A stretch of DNA of 64,000 bases from a candidate division WOR-1 bacterium RIFOXYB2_FULL_37_13 (GCA_001771535.1 MEUB01000036.1:842-64841), one strand, 5' to 3'. Shown: positions 1 to 9,866, counted from the stretch's first letter. A program made the numbers and translations. Notes: generated by a model from the letters alone, not told the origin.

Positions 1-213
1 TTGCATTCGCACCAAACTCTACTTATTTAATTATCAAAGATCGTGAAGCAGACTCAAAAAAGACAAAAAAACCCTTTCTCCTACTTTTAGGATTTTCAGG
101 TGTTTTTCTTTTGAATCAACCTGAGGATTATTACCTCTTAAGCATGTTTAGTATATCATCACTATTCCTTTTGTCAAGAGGGATTTTTATCGCCTTCTAT
201 TTTCTAGGATTCT

Positions 214-822
214 TTGACTAATTTTCGCCACCAGAGTATGATTTACTGTATGGAAACACTTTTAGTTGCTACTTTAAATAAACATAAGCTCTACGAAATC
301 GGAAAAATCTTGAAAGGTTTTAAGATTTACGGCAAAGGAATAGAGGTAAATGAAGATGGTAAAACTTTTGAGGAAAATGCCCTAAAGAAAGCTGCCGCGG
401 TTTTTAAAAAGTTTAAGAAGCTTACGATAGCAGATGATTCAGGGCTAGTTATTGATTGCTTAGACGGAAAACCAGGGATCAAATCCGCAAGGTTTGCAAC
501 TCCGCCAACACCGCAAAATCTTTGCAGGAAAGTTCTTGATAAAATGAAAAAATGCAAAAGCAGGCAAGCTCACTTTGTTTGCTCTATGGCAATAATTTTT
601 CATACAGGCAAAATCAAAATAATAAATGGGTTCGTATACGGAGAAATTGCAAATGAGATGAGAGGAGAAAATGGATTCGGTTATGATTCCATTTTTATTC
701 CGTCTGGTTTTACAAAGACATTCGGCGAGATGACCGATACAGAAAAAAACAAAGTAAGCCACAGAGCAAGAGCCCTCGCGAAAGTTAAAGAAATTTTCAG
801 TAAAGCAGATAAAACAAAATGA
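214..822 (+). CDS. rdgB: non-canonical purine NTP pyrophosphatase (RdgB/HAM1 family); the real start may be an internal Met ~12 codons in
   Basis: Ham1 motifs in the translation: DDSGLVIDCLDGKPGIKSARF, FGYDSIFIP, SHRARALAK. Confidence 0.8.
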   Translation: MTNFRHQSMIYCMETLLVATLNKHKLYEIGKILKGFKIYGKGIEVNEDGKTFEENALKKAAAVFKKFKKLTIADDSGLVIDCLDGKPGIKSARFATPPTPQNLCRKVLDKMKKCKSRQAHFVCSMAIIFHTGKIKIINGFVYGEIANEMRGENGFGYDSIFIPSGFTKTFGEMTDTEKNKVSHRARALAKVKEIFSKADKTK

Positions 823-1391
823 ATCTTTTGCCATTTATTACATCGTTTTTTATAATATCAGCCGCAGAGCTTGGTGATAAAACCCAGCTTTTAATCCTTG
901 GACTCGCCACAAAATACAATCCGATAAAAGTAATTGCAGCAGTAAGTCTCGCTTCAGGAACCCTTATGGCAATAGCTGTTGTTTTTGGCGGAATCGTAAA
1001 TCAATTTATCCCTGACGTTTATTTGCAAATAATTGCGGGTCTTTTATTTATAGGCTTTGGTGTATGGACATTATATGAAAAAGGGAAAGAGGAAGAAGAG
1101 ATCCTTCTAGATAGAGGAAACAAAAATGAATTCCTAATAGTTTTCTCAGCTTTTTTTATTGCGGAACTTGGAGACAAAACACAAATCGCAACCCTTGCCT
1201 TATCAGCACAATACGGAGCTCCTTTTAAAGTCTGGCTTGGCGCAACGCTTGGGATGATCTTCATCAATGCATTAGCCCTTATTGTCGGAATTTATCTCAA
1301 AAAATTTATTCCTGAAGAGAAGATAAAAGTTTTTGGCGGTATAATTTTTGTTGTATTCGGGGTTTTAACTCTTATGCAATTATTGTTTTAA
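819..1391 (+). CDS. UPF0016/GDT1 (TMEM165) family cation transporter
   Basis: two copies of the E-x-G-D-K-T-Q signature (AAELGDKTQ, IAELGDKTQ) in a polytopic hydrophobic protein; 4-bp overlap with the upstream gene. Confidence 0.75.
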   Translation: MNLLPFITSFFIISAAELGDKTQLLILGLATKYNPIKVIAAVSLASGTLMAIAVVFGGIVNQFIPDVYLQIIAGLLFIGFGVWTLYEKGKEEEEILLDRGNKNEFLIVFSAFFIAELGDKTQIATLALSAQYGAPFKVWLGATLGMIFINALALIVGIYLKKFIPEEKIKVFGGIIFVVFGVLTLMQLLF

Positions 1392-1435
1392 TACTTTCAA
1401 AAAAATCAGCATATATTTCTCACGCTCTGATATTT

Positions 1436-1464
1436 TTGAAAAAGAAGTTCCCACATGTTATAAT
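1436..1464 (+). promoter_or_regulatory. sigma70-type promoter TTGAAA-17-TATAAT ending 9 nt before the holB ATG (leaderless-type arrangement)
   Basis: hexamers and spacing read directly; no SD between the -10 hexamer and the ATG. Confidence 0.5.
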
Positions 1465-1473
1465 TTAAAAATA

Positions 1474-2211
1474 ATGCAAACCCGCATGGAAAAAATATTA
1501 TCCGGAATTATTGAAAATCAAAGGATCTCCAACGCATATCTCTTCTGCGGAGGGAACCACAGCCAAAAAGTTGAAGCAGCTGTGAATTTTGCCTCCAAAC
1601 TAAATTGCAAGGGAAATCCATCTCCCTGCCATGAATGTCTGCATTGTGAAAAAATCAAAAAGGGAAAACATCCAGATGTGATTTTCATTCAAAAAGAAAA
1701 TTCATCCATAAAAATAAATCAAATAAGATTTTTAAAAGAAATAACAAAATACGGTCCTTCCGAAGGAGCATGGCAAGTTGTAATTATAGATGAGGCGGAT
1801 ACAATTACAAATGAAGCGGCAAACAGTTTTTTAAAAATACTGGAAGAGCCTTCCTGCAATGTGGTTTTTATTCTAATCAGTGAACGCGAAGGCTCTTTAC
1901 CAAAAACAATTTTGTCAAGATGCCAAAAATTTATTTTTGAAGAGCTCCCTCCCCTGCCTCCATCAGAAATGGCCTGTAAAATACATAAAAAAATAGAAGA
2001 AAAACCTTTTAATTACATTGATATTTCACAAATGCTTTCAGACAAAAAAACAGCTAAAGAAATTTTGCAGGAAATATATAATATTTTCGCTATTGCGAAA
2101 AATGCCCAAAAAGCAAAAGTTGTCTTAGAAACATTAAAAGGAATAGAGAAAAATGCCAATCACAAGCTGGTAATAGATTTTCTCTGCTTTAATTTATGGA
2201 ACAAAAACTAG
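1474..2211 (+). CDS. holB: DNA polymerase III delta-prime subunit
   Basis: AAA+ clamp-loader N-terminus with a Cys4 zinc module (CHECLHC), the IIDEADTIT box, and PSP1/ricT immediately downstream (conserved holB-yaaT linkage). Confidence 0.75.
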   Translation: MQTRMEKILSGIIENQRISNAYLFCGGNHSQKVEAAVNFASKLNCKGNPSPCHECLHCEKIKKGKHPDVIFIQKENSSIKINQIRFLKEITKYGPSEGAWQVVIIDEADTITNEAANSFLKILEEPSCNVVFILISEREGSLPKTILSRCQKFIFEELPPLPPSEMACKIHKKIEEKPFNYIDISQMLSDKKTAKEILQEIYNIFAIAKNAQKAKVVLETLKGIEKNANHKLVIDFLCFNLWNKN

Positions 2212-2858
2212 CAGTTAAACTAAGAAAATTTAATAGGATATGTCCCATAAAGGGATATAAAGAAGACAGCATAAGAATTGGCGCCCCTGTTATTGTCAAA
2301 ACCGACAGAGGAGAAGAATTTGGCACTATTATTTCTTTTGTTAAAAATGTCCCTGAAGGGACTTCTGACGTCAGTCTAAAAAAAGTTCTTCGTTATGCGA
2401 CGGAAAATGATTTAAAAACCGCAAACTTTCTTCCGGAAAAAGAGGCAAAAGCATATCAATTAGCCAATGAGAAGATAAGAGAATATGAACTTCCAATAAA
2501 AATTGTTGAAGTTGAATATTTATTTGATAACAAAAAAATCAACCTCTATTATAAAATCGCTAAAGACAAAAAAATCTCGGATTTAAAGCCATTTAGAAAG
2601 GATTTATCCGGCATCTTAAAAGCTGAAGTCATAATGCGGTCTGTTACCCCCAGAGATGAGGCAAAAATAATCGGAGGGCTTGGCCCATGCGGAAAGACCT
2701 TATGCTGCTGCTCATGGCTGCAAAAGCCCAAACACATAACGGTAAAAATGGTCAAAGATCAAGGGGTTCAAATTTCCCCTACAAAAACATCCGGTATATG
2801 CGGACGCTTAATGTGTTGTTTTGAATATGAATTAGGGAAACAGGATAAAAATATATAA
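2196..2858 (+). CDS. PSP1 C-terminal domain protein (RicT/YaaT-like)
   Basis: C-terminal Cys cluster GPCGKTLCCCSWL...GICGRLMCCFEYE typical of PSP1/YaaT; overlaps holB by 16 bp. Confidence 0.75.
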   Translation: MEQKLAVKLRKFNRICPIKGYKEDSIRIGAPVIVKTDRGEEFGTIISFVKNVPEGTSDVSLKKVLRYATENDLKTANFLPEKEAKAYQLANEKIREYELPIKIVEVEYLFDNKKINLYYKIAKDKKISDLKPFRKDLSGILKAEVIMRSVTPRDEAKIIGGLGPCGKTLCCCSWLQKPKHITVKMVKDQGVQISPTKTSGICGRLMCCFEYELGKQDKNI

Positions 2859-2877
2859 AGGGAAGAAGGCGCAAAAA

Positions 2878-3222
2878 GTGAATGAATGTATTTTTTGTAA
2901 GATGGTCGAAAAAAAAATTCCCGTAGAAATCGTAGATGAAGATGAAGACATTCTTGCTTTTAAAGATATTAAGCCGCAAGCTCCCATACATGTATTGGTT
3001 ATTCCGAAAATTCACATACCATCTATCACATCAATAACAAAAGAACATTCAAGAATTATGATGAAAATAATAAAAAGCATCCAGAATATTGCAAAAAAAA
3101 CTGATATAATAGATAGTGGTTTTAGAATTGTTGTAAACAATGGGGAAAATGCAGGGCAAGCCGTCGACCATTTGCATTTTCATATTCTCGGAGGAAGATC
3201 GTTAAAATGGCCTCCCGGATAA
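2878..3222 (+). CDS. HIT family (histidine triad) hydrolase
   Basis: N-terminal CIFCKM motif and C-terminal HLHFHILGG histidine triad. Confidence 0.85.
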   Translation: MNECIFCKMVEKKIPVEIVDEDEDILAFKDIKPQAPIHVLVIPKIHIPSITSITKEHSRIMMKIIKSIQNIAKKTDIIDSGFRIVVNNGENAGQAVDHLHFHILGGRSLKWPPG

Positions 3223-3276
3223 CAAATAGCAATAATCATAAAAAATGATTTTCTAACAAAGGATGGTGAAATAAAA

Positions 3277-3471
3277 ATGACAAAGATCAATGTTTCAAAA
3301 GATGAATCTATTGATAAAGTTCTTAGAAAATTTAAAATGAAGATGCGGCGTGAAGGGGTTATTGATGAAATCAAGAGAAGAGAATTTTATGAAAAACCCA
3401 GCGATAGACGCCGTAAAAATAAGGCAAAAGCCATTAGAAGAGAACAAAAACGACAACGTGAAGAAGATTGA
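3277..3471 (+). CDS. rpsU: 30S ribosomal protein bS21
   Basis: 64 aa, very basic, KREFYEKPSDRRRK motif characteristic of S21. Confidence 0.85.
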   Translation: MTKINVSKDESIDKVLRKFKMKMRREGVIDEIKRREFYEKPSDRRRKNKAKAIRREQKRQREED

Positions 3472-4541
3472 AAATTCTTGACAGATATTTAATCAAAGAA
3501 ACTTTTGTCCCTTTCCTTTTGGGGATTGTCGGATTTGTTTTGGTAATGATTGTAGATCTGCTTTTTACGTTTGTTGATCTGATAATTAATAAAGGAATTG
3601 ATTTCTCTTCAGTTTTACAACTGATGCTTTATAAACTTCCATATATTATGGTAATGACTTTCCCTGTAGCAACCCTTTTTGGTGTTTCCATGGCAATGGG
3701 AAGAATGGGAAAAGACAATGAAATTACCGCGTTAAGAACGTCAGGAATATCTTTTAAAAGAATCGCAAGACCAATAATAATTTTATCAATTCTTGTATCA
3801 GCCTTGGCTTTTTTAATAAATGAAAAACTTGTTCCATATGCCAACCAACAATCTCAAACAATAATCAGAGAAATAGTAATGAAACAACCGCTTCCCGAAA
3901 TAAAAGAAGATGTTTTTTTTAAAGATGCTTACAACCGTTATTTTTATGTCAAAAAAATAAACAATAAGGATAAAATCCTTGAAAATATTATGGTCTATGA
4001 ATTAACAGGTGAAGATATCCCAAGGATTACAACTGCTCAAAAATCAAAAATTGAAGGGTTGAAAATAATTTTATATAACGGAAGTATCCATAATTTCGAT
4101 AAATCAGGCCGATTGGCTTATGAGGCTATATTTAAAGAAATAGAATTAAACTTAAATGAAGATCCTTTTGCCGTCTCAAATTATAAAACATCCGAACAAA
4201 TGGACTCAACGGAACTTGTAGACAAAATAAACACACTTGAAAAAAGCGGTGTCAGCACGCAAGCATTGAAAACCGATTATCTAATGAAATTTTCTATCCC
4301 ATTAGCTTCGTTTGTATTTGCAATTATCGGGATCCCCCTTTCTCTTCCGACATTAAAAAGCAATCGAGCATGGGGAATGATTGTGACAATTATTATAATG
4401 TTTACTTTTTATGTATTTGCTTCTGTTTTCAGGTCTTTTGGAAGAGGAGGAATTGTTTCTCCACTCTTTGCAGCATGGACACCACAATTTCTTTTTGGTA
4501 TATTAGGAGCAGCTTTGCTTTTTAGAGAGGCCAACAAATGA
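3468..4541 (+). CDS. LPS export ABC transporter permease, LptF/LptG (YjgP/YjgQ) family
   Basis: N-terminus MKILDRYLIKETFVPFLLG... matches the YjgP/YjgQ consensus; polytopic with a large periplasmic loop; ATGA overlap with rpsU. Confidence 0.75.
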   Translation: MKILDRYLIKETFVPFLLGIVGFVLVMIVDLLFTFVDLIINKGIDFSSVLQLMLYKLPYIMVMTFPVATLFGVSMAMGRMGKDNEITALRTSGISFKRIARPIIILSILVSALAFLINEKLVPYANQQSQTIIREIVMKQPLPEIKEDVFFKDAYNRYFYVKKINNKDKILENIMVYELTGEDIPRITTAQKSKIEGLKIILYNGSIHNFDKSGRLAYEAIFKEIELNLNEDPFAVSNYKTSEQMDSTELVDKINTLEKSGVSTQALKTDYLMKFSIPLASFVFAIIGIPLSLPTLKSNRAWGMIVTIIIMFTFYVFASVFRSFGRGGIVSPLFAAWTPQFLFGILGAALLFREANK

Positions 4542-6901
4542 ACGCGGAACAGGAAAATCTGACAAAACAACTGCAAAAACAGCCTCGCAACCCAATGCTT
4601 ATAAAAAACCTGGGCAGGCATTATCTTATAAACGGATATTTCAAGCAGGCCAGAGAAGAGTATAAGCTCGCGCGATTGTTTTCCCCTCATGTCGTATCGG
4701 CAATCATGCTTGACCATGAAGAGGCTATATTTAAAAACCCTTCAAATATACAGGCAAGGCTTTCTATGATAAGTTTTTGCATTGATAATCAGGATATAGA
4801 TGCCGCAATAATTGAAGCAGAAGAACTCCTAGAAATAGATCCGTTAAATTTACAGGCATATAACCTTTTGGGCCGAATTTTTATAAAACAGGAAAAAATA
4901 GACGAAACAATGGCTCTCCTTGAAAATGCCCTTAAGCTTGGAATAAAAGATATTGCTATTTCTGAAATGCTGGCTTCTGTTTATCTTGAAAAAGGCAGAC
5001 TGCATGATGCTATAAAATTTTATGAGGAGCTTCCTTCTGACAAAAAAACCTTAAGAATGCTGGGAGAACTGTATTTAAGAACTGAAGATTATGAAAAAGC
5101 CGCGGAGAAATATTCTTTAATGTATGAAGATGATCCAGAAGTTGCAAATGAAGTTATAACCAAATTAGAAGAGCTTCTTCTTAGAAAAATTGATTCTATC
5201 CGCATACGGGAATTACTCGCAAAAACTTACTGCAAATCCCTAAAACCTGAACCAGCCGTCAAAAAGCTTACCGAAATATTCAAAATTGATCCTCAAAAAA
5301 TAGATGATATTATACATAAATTAAAAGATATTCTGAAAAGCTATCCCACTCATCCTGAAGCAACGCTGGCGCTTGCGGAAGTTTTATCCCACAAAGGAAA
5401 CTATAGTGAAGCCGTTGAAGAATATTACAATTTGATTAAAAGCAAACCGGACTACACAGAAAAAGCAATGGAAGGGAGCAAAAATATAATAAAGAAGTTT
5501 CCCGGACAGTTTTTGGCAAGACAATTTCTTATTGAAAACTATTTGAAAGAAGAAAATTTTACTTTAGCCGCAAAAGAAATAAAAGCTCTTTTACAGTCTT
5601 ATCCCGATTCAGCAGAGTGGATAATAGGCAAATGCAAAAATCTTTCCAAAAAAAACATTGAATTACGCGAATGCCTGGGATATGTATATCTTTCAAAAGA
5701 TGACTTCTTCAATGCAAATATTGAAGTCGAAAAAATATTAAAACTTGATGGACAAAGCATCCAAGCATTGCTCCTTCAGGGAGAAATTTTCCTAAAACAA
5801 AAATTATGTCGTAAAGCAAGTGAAACATTTAATAAAGCGTTAAAAATGTCTCCTTTTAATAAAACCGTCCATGAAAAGCACAGACAAGCCCGCCTTAAAG
5901 AAATAGAATTGGAAGCCGAACAAATAAAAAAACGTATTACTGAAGATGAATGGAAAATATCGCTTCATTTAGAATTAGGCAAGATTTATATTGATCTTGG
6001 AGAAAAGGAAAATGCCATAAGAGAGCTCCAAACAGCAAGTAAAGACACGCAAAGAGCCTCTTATGTTTATTTCGTTTTAGGCGGATTTTATTTTGACGGC
6101 GGATTTTACGACCAGGCTTTGGAGTCTTTCCGAAAAAGCCTGCAATTTGCTTCCAATGATTCTGAAGATCAAAATAAAAAAACAAAATTTAAAACAGCTT
6201 TAACCTATGAAGCCCAGGGCAACGTACGTTCTGCCATAAAAATATTGGAAGAAATATTGCAGGAAGACATAGATTATCCAGACATTAAAGAAAAAATACA
6301 GCTTTTAAAAAGGACGAATTTGGGCTCTTTGCAAAATAAATGCCTTGTCCTCACAATAAAAGATTTGGACAATTGGGACAATAAAGAGCTTATAGGAATG
6401 TGGGGTCAAGAATTAAAGAAGAGTATGGAGAAACAGACCCTTTCAATGTCTTTTGGACAAAACTATAACAATAGCGGCCTGGAATTTTTTATCAAAGGGA
6501 TGCATGAAGCAGCCGAAGAAGAATTCAGCCTTGCTGTACAACTTGATCCGCAATATATAGCAGGGATTAACAATCTTGCAGTAGCGCAACTTTCAAACAA
6601 GAAAATTCCGGAAGCTTTAAGCAATCTTCGAAAAGCCTATGAGATAGAACCAGCCTCCCCTATTATACTTAATAACCTAGGATTAGCATTACTGTTAAAC
6701 GGAGCAACAAATGAAGCTAACCATACACTAAACAGGGCGATTGAACTTAATGAAATGCTTCCCGCAGTTAAAATAAATCTTGCTGATGTCTTTTATGCGT
6801 TAGGAAAAGTTAAAGAAGCTTTTGATATATACAAATCAATCGGCGCTTCAGAAATAACCTATGACATAGCAAAAAGACGCCTGCTTTATAAGTTGCCTTA
6901 A
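4538..6901 (+). CDS. TPR repeat protein (787 aa)
   Basis: many 34-residue helical repeats with the W/LG/Y/A/F/A/P pattern; 4-bp overlap with the upstream permease. Confidence 0.6.
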   Translation: MNAEQENLTKQLQKQPRNPMLIKNLGRHYLINGYFKQAREEYKLARLFSPHVVSAIMLDHEEAIFKNPSNIQARLSMISFCIDNQDIDAAIIEAEELLEIDPLNLQAYNLLGRIFIKQEKIDETMALLENALKLGIKDIAISEMLASVYLEKGRLHDAIKFYEELPSDKKTLRMLGELYLRTEDYEKAAEKYSLMYEDDPEVANEVITKLEELLLRKIDSIRIRELLAKTYCKSLKPEPAVKKLTEIFKIDPQKIDDIIHKLKDILKSYPTHPEATLALAEVLSHKGNYSEAVEEYYNLIKSKPDYTEKAMEGSKNIIKKFPGQFLARQFLIENYLKEENFTLAAKEIKALLQSYPDSAEWIIGKCKNLSKKNIELRECLGYVYLSKDDFFNANIEVEKILKLDGQSIQALLLQGEIFLKQKLCRKASETFNKALKMSPFNKTVHEKHRQARLKEIELEAEQIKKRITEDEWKISLHLELGKIYIDLGEKENAIRELQTASKDTQRASYVYFVLGGFYFDGGFYDQALESFRKSLQFASNDSEDQNKKTKFKTALTYEAQGNVRSAIKILEEILQEDIDYPDIKEKIQLLKRTNLGSLQNKCLVLTIKDLDNWDNKELIGMWGQELKKSMEKQTLSMSFGQNYNNSGLEFFIKGMHEAAEEEFSLAVQLDPQYIAGINNLAVAQLSNKKIPEALSNLRKAYEIEPASPIILNNLGLALLLNGATNEANHTLNRAIELNEMLPAVKINLADVFYALGKVKEAFDIYKSIGASEITYDIAKRRLLYKLP

Positions 6902-6922
6902 TTTCTTGAGGTCTATAATTTT

Positions 6923-7996
6923 TTATTCTTCGAGTGAGTCGGAAATTTTCCCTTTTTTCAACAAACTAATACAAGCCTTGTAAAAATTAATTCCTTTATC
7001 AATTATTTTGTATAAAAGGGGATTATAAACAAGATCATAAGCTCCAATATATTTAACAAGTTCTCCGTTAAAACCTTTTTTGAAACGATATACACCCCAT
7101 AACGGATGCTTTTCGCTGGGATTTGATGGAATTCCAAATAAATCATAATCCTTTAAGCCCTTTTCTTTGGCCCATTGGATTATATGCCAATGCAGTGCAT
7201 GATTAGGCATAACATTTCGATGTTTTGAAAGTGACGCGCCGTACATATACCAGAGTCGGGAACCAAATTTGAAAGTATAAACACCTGCGATCGGCTCATC
7301 ATTTAAATAAGCTATAAAAATATTCGCGAGCCCGTGATCAACAAGAAGTTTTTTTATGTTTTGGTAATATTTCAACGGGTGAATTAAAAAATTATCTCGC
7401 TTGCATGTCTCCTGATATATTTTGTAGAAAACTTCAACCCCATCATCGGTGGAAAGCTCTTTTACAACAACCCCTTTTTTGGCAGCCAAGCGGATATTGT
7501 AGCGAGTTTTTTCTTCAAAACTTTTTAGCAATTCGGCAGGTGCTTTAGTAATATCCAAAATAAAAGTCGACCGCGGCTGAATCTGCTTCTTGCAAACCAC
7601 AAATCCCTTTTCTTTTAAAACATTCTGTACACTTTTCACTGTACACGGTTCACTCTCTTTGACTTGCGGATCAATTTTCAATAAAATAGCATTATGCTTT
7701 TTTGCAACTTTTTTAATTTCTGCCAAGAAAAAATCTAAAGCTTGAGTATTTTGAAAATCAACGATAGGCCCTCTGGGGGCATAAAATAAATTCAGTTTTA
7801 CATAAGGGAGTTTGCGTTTAAGAATTGAAATAGCTGCAACAACTTTATTGTCATCTTCGACTGCTAAACGTAAGGGTTCCCAACCATGAAGAGCTTTAAG
7901 TTCTCCCCATTCGTATGATTGGAGAATCGCGGGTTCATCTTGATTAGCAACAAATTCATTCCAAAATTCTTTTGATATGTTATTTATAAGTCGCAT
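6923..7996 (-). CDS. FemAB family aminoacyltransferase (peptidoglycan interpeptide bridge formation / lipid II aminoacyl transferase-like)
   Basis: length and motifs (WGELK, LKLNLFYAPRGP, KFGSRLWYMYGAS) consistent with the FemABX fold. Confidence 0.6.
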   Translation of the reverse strand: MRLINNISKEFWNEFVANQDEPAILQSYEWGELKALHGWEPLRLAVEDDNKVVAAISILKRKLPYVKLNLFYAPRGPIVDFQNTQALDFFLAEIKKVAKKHNAILLKIDPQVKESEPCTVKSVQNVLKEKGFVVCKKQIQPRSTFILDITKAPAELLKSFEEKTRYNIRLAAKKGVVVKELSTDDGVEVFYKIYQETCKRDNFLIHPLKYYQNIKKLLVDHGLANIFIAYLNDEPIAGVYTFKFGSRLWYMYGASLSKHRNVMPNHALHWHIIQWAKEKGLKDYDLFGIPSNPSEKHPLWGVYRFKKGFNGELVKYIGAYDLVYNPLLYKIIDKGINFYKACISLLKKGKISDSLEE

Positions 7997-8017
7997 TCAA
8001 TCCCTCTTTTGCAATGT

Positions 8018-8092
8018 AGGACAACGGCTTGTCCGTTGCCGTTGCTGCCTATTTCTTCGCATTTGTAGCAAGGAATAAACCTTGCCCTACAT
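8018..8092. repeat. compound imperfect palindrome (ATGTAGGACAACGGCTTGTCCGTTGCCGTTG ... CCTTGCCCTACAT) in the femAB-vapBC intergenic region
   Basis: nested inverted repeats CAACGG/CCGTTG, GGACAA/TTGTCC and ATGTAGG/CCTACAT. Confidence 0.4.
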
Positions 8093-8320
8093 CTATCTAG
8101 AAATATATCTATTTAAAAAATATTTGAATTACAATTAAAGAAATTTGCACAACAATCAGGCTATCATCACATAATTCAATATAAGTGAAGAATCACAATA
8201 CTGTTAGTCCAATGACTATTCCCATACTGTTTTATAACTTTTTCAAGTTTTTGTTTAGAATCACAAGAAAAAACTTCCTCAAGATTTATCGGTTCATCAT
8301 CCTTATCTTTTGACATTTTA

Positions 8321-8716
8321 CTAGAAAATAGTTTTTATTAAGCCAGATTTAATGATCTTTTCATCTTTTGTGACTAAACAAGCTTCTTCTTTGAGGAATT
8401 CTTTATAAACTAGGGCTGTAGCACAAATTATTCCATCATGAATATCTAAATTTAGGGGAAGTTTTTCTATAACCGACAAATCAAGAGGATAAATAGTACA
8501 TCTTGTATCAGACTCTAAAACATTTATAATCTTCTCAAGATTTACACTTATCCTTCCTGACTGGCATAAATATTTTATCTCTGCTAATACAATTGAAGGT
8601 ATAACCAACAAATTAACTTCATCTTCTAATATTTCTTTTACTCTTTGACTTAAACGTTTATTCCCCTCAAAAAACCATACAAGAACATGTGTATCAACAA
8701 CAAAATGCATTGTCAC
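8321..8716 (-). CDS. vapC: PIN domain ribonuclease toxin (VapC-like)
   Basis: N-terminal VVDTHVLVWF (PIN D1) and downstream acidic residues; 4-bp overlap with the upstream small ORF. Confidence 0.65.
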   Translation of the reverse strand: MTMHFVVDTHVLVWFFEGNKRLSQRVKEILEDEVNLLVIPSIVLAEIKYLCQSGRISVNLEKIINVLESDTRCTIYPLDLSVIEKLPLNLDIHDGIICATALVYKEFLKEEACLVTKDEKIIKSGLIKTIF

Positions 8717-8952
8717 TCCTTAGTGAATTCATCTTTAATATTTATTTCTGAAGATTTGATTTCCTCAAATGACAAATCAGATTTATCCTTCCATATACCA
8801 TAAAGGCTAGAAAAAGCTTTATTCCCATTAGATGGTTCAATCAAAGCACTGCTCAAAGAAATTATTTGCATCTTGACTATTTTCATTTCATCTTCTAATC
8901 CCCGAATTTTCGCAAAAACAGAAGATTGATTATTCATCTTAATAAACACCAC
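8713..8952 (-). CDS. putative antitoxin partner of VapC (small, upstream, overlapping)
   Basis: 79-aa ORF overlapping the PIN gene start by 4 bp, the typical type II TA arrangement. Confidence 0.45.
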   Translation of the reverse strand: MVFIKMNNQSSVFAKIRGLEDEMKIVKMQIISLSSALIEPSNGNKAFSSLYGIWKDKSDLSFEEIKSSEINIKDEFTKE

Positions 8953-8994
8953 CTATTTGTTAGTAATTATAACATAGTATGTTATAATTTCCTT

Positions 8995-9561
8995 ATGATC
9001 CTGATGATCGATAACTATGATTCGTTTACCTACAATCTGGTTCAATATCTTATGGAGCTTGGGGCAGATATACAAACTTTTCGCAATGATAAGATTACTA
9101 TAGAAGAAATAGAAAAGCTAAAGCCGGAAAAAATCATAATATCCCCCGGCCCTAAAACTCCAAAAGAAGCAGGTGTTTCTGTTGATGTCATTAAACATTT
9201 TGCTGGGAAAATTCCTATTTTAGGAGTTTGTTTAGGGCTTCAATCCATAGGATATGCGTTTGGAGGAAAAATAGTACGGGCAAAAAATCTTATGCATGGA
9301 AAAACTTCCCAAATCTACCATGACGGCAAAACAATTTTCAAAGGGCTTAAAAATCCTTTCACTGCTACAAGATACCATTCTTTAGTTGTTGAAAAAGAAA
9401 GCCTTCCGAAAGTTTTAGAAATATCAGCCTATACAAAAGAAGATGATGAAATTATGGGTCTGCGGCATAAAGAATTAAAAGTTGAAGGGGTTCAGTTTCA
9501 TCCGGAATCTATTTTGACAAGTTCGGGGAAAGAGCTGTTGAAAAACTTTCTTACTGTTTAG
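8995..9561 (+). CDS. trpG: glutamine amidotransferase component of anthranilate/aminodeoxychorismate synthase (TrpG/PabA); start trimmed to the [11 protein letters not shown] Met
   Basis: [18 protein letters not shown] (catalytic Cys) and VQFHPES motifs of class I GATase TrpG. Confidence 0.8.
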   Translation: MILMIDNYDSFTYNLVQYLMELGADIQTFRNDKITIEEIEKLKPEKIIISPGPKTPKEAGVSVDVIKHFAGKIPILGVCLGLQSIGYAFGGKIVRAKNLMHGKTSQIYHDGKTIFKGLKNPFTATRYHSLVVEKESLPKVLEISAYTKEDDEIMGLRHKELKVEGVQFHPESILTSSGKELLKNFLTV

Positions 9562-9568
9562 AAGAAGA

Positions 9569-9832
9569 TTATTTTTTATTGCCTGATTTATTTCCAGAAT
9601 CTTTTTTGCCAGTCTCTTTTACTGGCGTATGATGATGATGCTCTCTTTTGTTTCTATAATCCGTTATATGAAATCCGTCACCTTTAAAAACAATACCGGA
9701 AGCGGAAATTAAACGTTGAACTTTGCCTCCTCCGCACTTTATGCAGCTTTTAAGCGGTTTCTCTGTTATCTTTTGATGGTGCTCGTAAACACCACACTCT
9801 TCACATCTATAATCATAAGCCGGCATATACAT
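9569..9832 (-). CDS. FmdB family zinc-ribbon protein
   Basis: N-terminal YRCEECG...CIKCGG zinc ribbon (CxxC-x-CxxC) followed by a His-rich tail. Confidence 0.6.
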   Translation of the reverse strand: MYMPAYDYRCEECGVYEHHQKITEKPLKSCIKCGGGKVQRLISASGIVFKGDGFHITDYRNKREHHHHTPVKETGKKDSGNKSGNKK

Positions 9833-9866
9833 TAGGATAGCAAAAAAGAGGATAGTTAGTCAAGGC

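Noticed and set aside
460-834. Minus-strand ORFs (327..557 and 460..834) opposite rdgB
   Set aside because: Antisense to a gene with clear Ham1 motifs.
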